From assembly GCA_002633005.1 (NCBI GenBank), contig NMRA01000105.1, positions 846,010-910,009 of the forward strand: a DNA stretch of 64,000 bases. The letters run 5' to 3'. Each line of letters opens with the position of its first letter. Position 1 is the stretch's first letter. The translations under genes and the position numbers were made by a program. The notes beneath the pieces are model-generated. The model saw only the letters and a list, made by a program, of their open reading frames with translations, did not search any database and was not told where the DNA came from. This DNA comes from Phoronis australis (Eukaryota > Animalia > Phoronida). Positions 62,574 to 64,000 of this stretch are shown here, one piece after another.

Positions 62574-64000
62574 ATATATAAACGAAAGGTGTAATATAAG
62601 ATCTAGGTTTTTTCATCAGCCCTAGTAATTTATACGAATTTTTGTCACTGACCAAAAACGGTCCGTAAATGATGATCAGACTGATATATGTGAACGATGA
62701 TCAGTCTCATCAGAATTCATATCAACCAAAATGGAGGTGCAAGATTTTTAAACAAGCATTACTTATTCTAAGGTCAGAAAATAAGATTAAAACAGTGAAG
62801 AAAATGAACAGTATACACAGTGTCTATTTTGTTACGTACAAGGTCATTAAGATTGACGGTAAATATAAAGGGCAAAACTAAGCCTTTGAACTAGCAAGGA
62901 GCAATGTATAATGCATACAGAAGTATGCAACAGTCAGGGCACGGATTTCTGCGTACATCCCGAGGGGCGTACATGTAGCTAGGATGGAGGGAGATTTGTT
63001 TCATGCGGAACACTCTCCGGAGGGGAGAAGGGGGGAGGGAGAGGCGACACAACAATTCGTGATGATCGGCACTAAACATTTTAGCATCAGAAATATTACA
63101 TTCAAGTAAGTCAGGCAAACTCATTTTAATTAATAATCCACTGGTGCCACCTGCCGCCCCGAAGTATTTTACCAGAGGTTTCCAGTTTAATCCCGTCCTG
63201 CAGTCATTCTATTACTGCTTATGAATTTCTGTAATTACAACACGTTTCGTCTCTTATAATTGCAAAACGTAAATTGAAACATCAGAACGTTCTAGAAACC
63301 ATGTGTAGTTAGTTGTTGCAACAAGAGGGGGATTACAAATATCAAACTTTACAAATATCCGTGGCGTTGGCGCAGTTGGATTTTGGAATTAAATGCTGAA
63401 TGACGTCAACGTCAACATGTGTCTTAAAACGCTACGCAATATTGCCACAAGTCAAACTTTAATAATTCTGCTAAAACTAATGATTGCTTAATGGTATTTC
63501 AATAAACACAATATACATTCATTGACTGGCCGTAGGTTGGCGGGAAATGACGTGGTACGACGATGATAACTGGTACGGAACCGGTAACTCTCTCCTACAT
63601 TTGATGTACGACGTGGCACTGATTGAATGCATCAACCAAACATGTTAATTTTTGAAATTCCCCTCAAAAATGGACTTTTTCAAAACACCGTGTTGGCCAT
63701 ATTCGTGTAGAAAAGCGAAATGAACAAATCTGTACACGCTGCTCAAATCACTTTTGTGGACATACGGAAACGAAAACGTCTTTGTCTTAGAACGCTGCAT
63801 GCGCTTGGCATTTCTGACAAAGCACTCTCGTGCTGGAAAATTTTTTAAGATTGTGCACCGTTCCAAAAAATTTTAGGTCTCGTTACAGCATAGACTATAG
63901 TAAATGGACCGCCAACTCCGTATACTTTCAATGGACGAAATCTGTGAGCTTGCGCACAAGCCCTTACGTCATTATTCACTGGCGACACCTGGCTAAATTA

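Overview
AT-rich, intron-containing animal genomic DNA (probably a marine invertebrate; this is inference). Most of the supplied short ORFs are noise, and the real genes appear only after splicing. (1) Minus strand 3246-18127: 13 in-phase exons (650 aa, through the stop) of WDR24, a GATOR2 subunit. I could not find its N-terminal exons (~150 aa) in the window. Its 3' UTR begins with degenerate tandem copies of its own last codons and stop. (2) Plus strand 25181-50153: a tandem cluster of three intact 3-exon genes for small signal-peptide, 10-Cys, probably GPI-anchored Ly6/uPAR three-finger (quiver-like) proteins, plus a decayed orphan signal exon. (3) Many transposons recognisable by termini and target-site duplications (TSDs): a 2.9-kb element with a 6-bp TSD, a 5-bp-TSD MITE family, TA-TSD elements (one with filled and empty sites in a local duplication), a Harbinger-like MITE, a Kolobok-like element, DINE-1/HINE-like elements with periodic CTCF-like motifs, and a 5'-truncated LINE whose (ATT)n tail holds a 3.7-kb element with perfect 28-bp terminal inverted repeats (TIRs). 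An N gap lies at 19474-19598.
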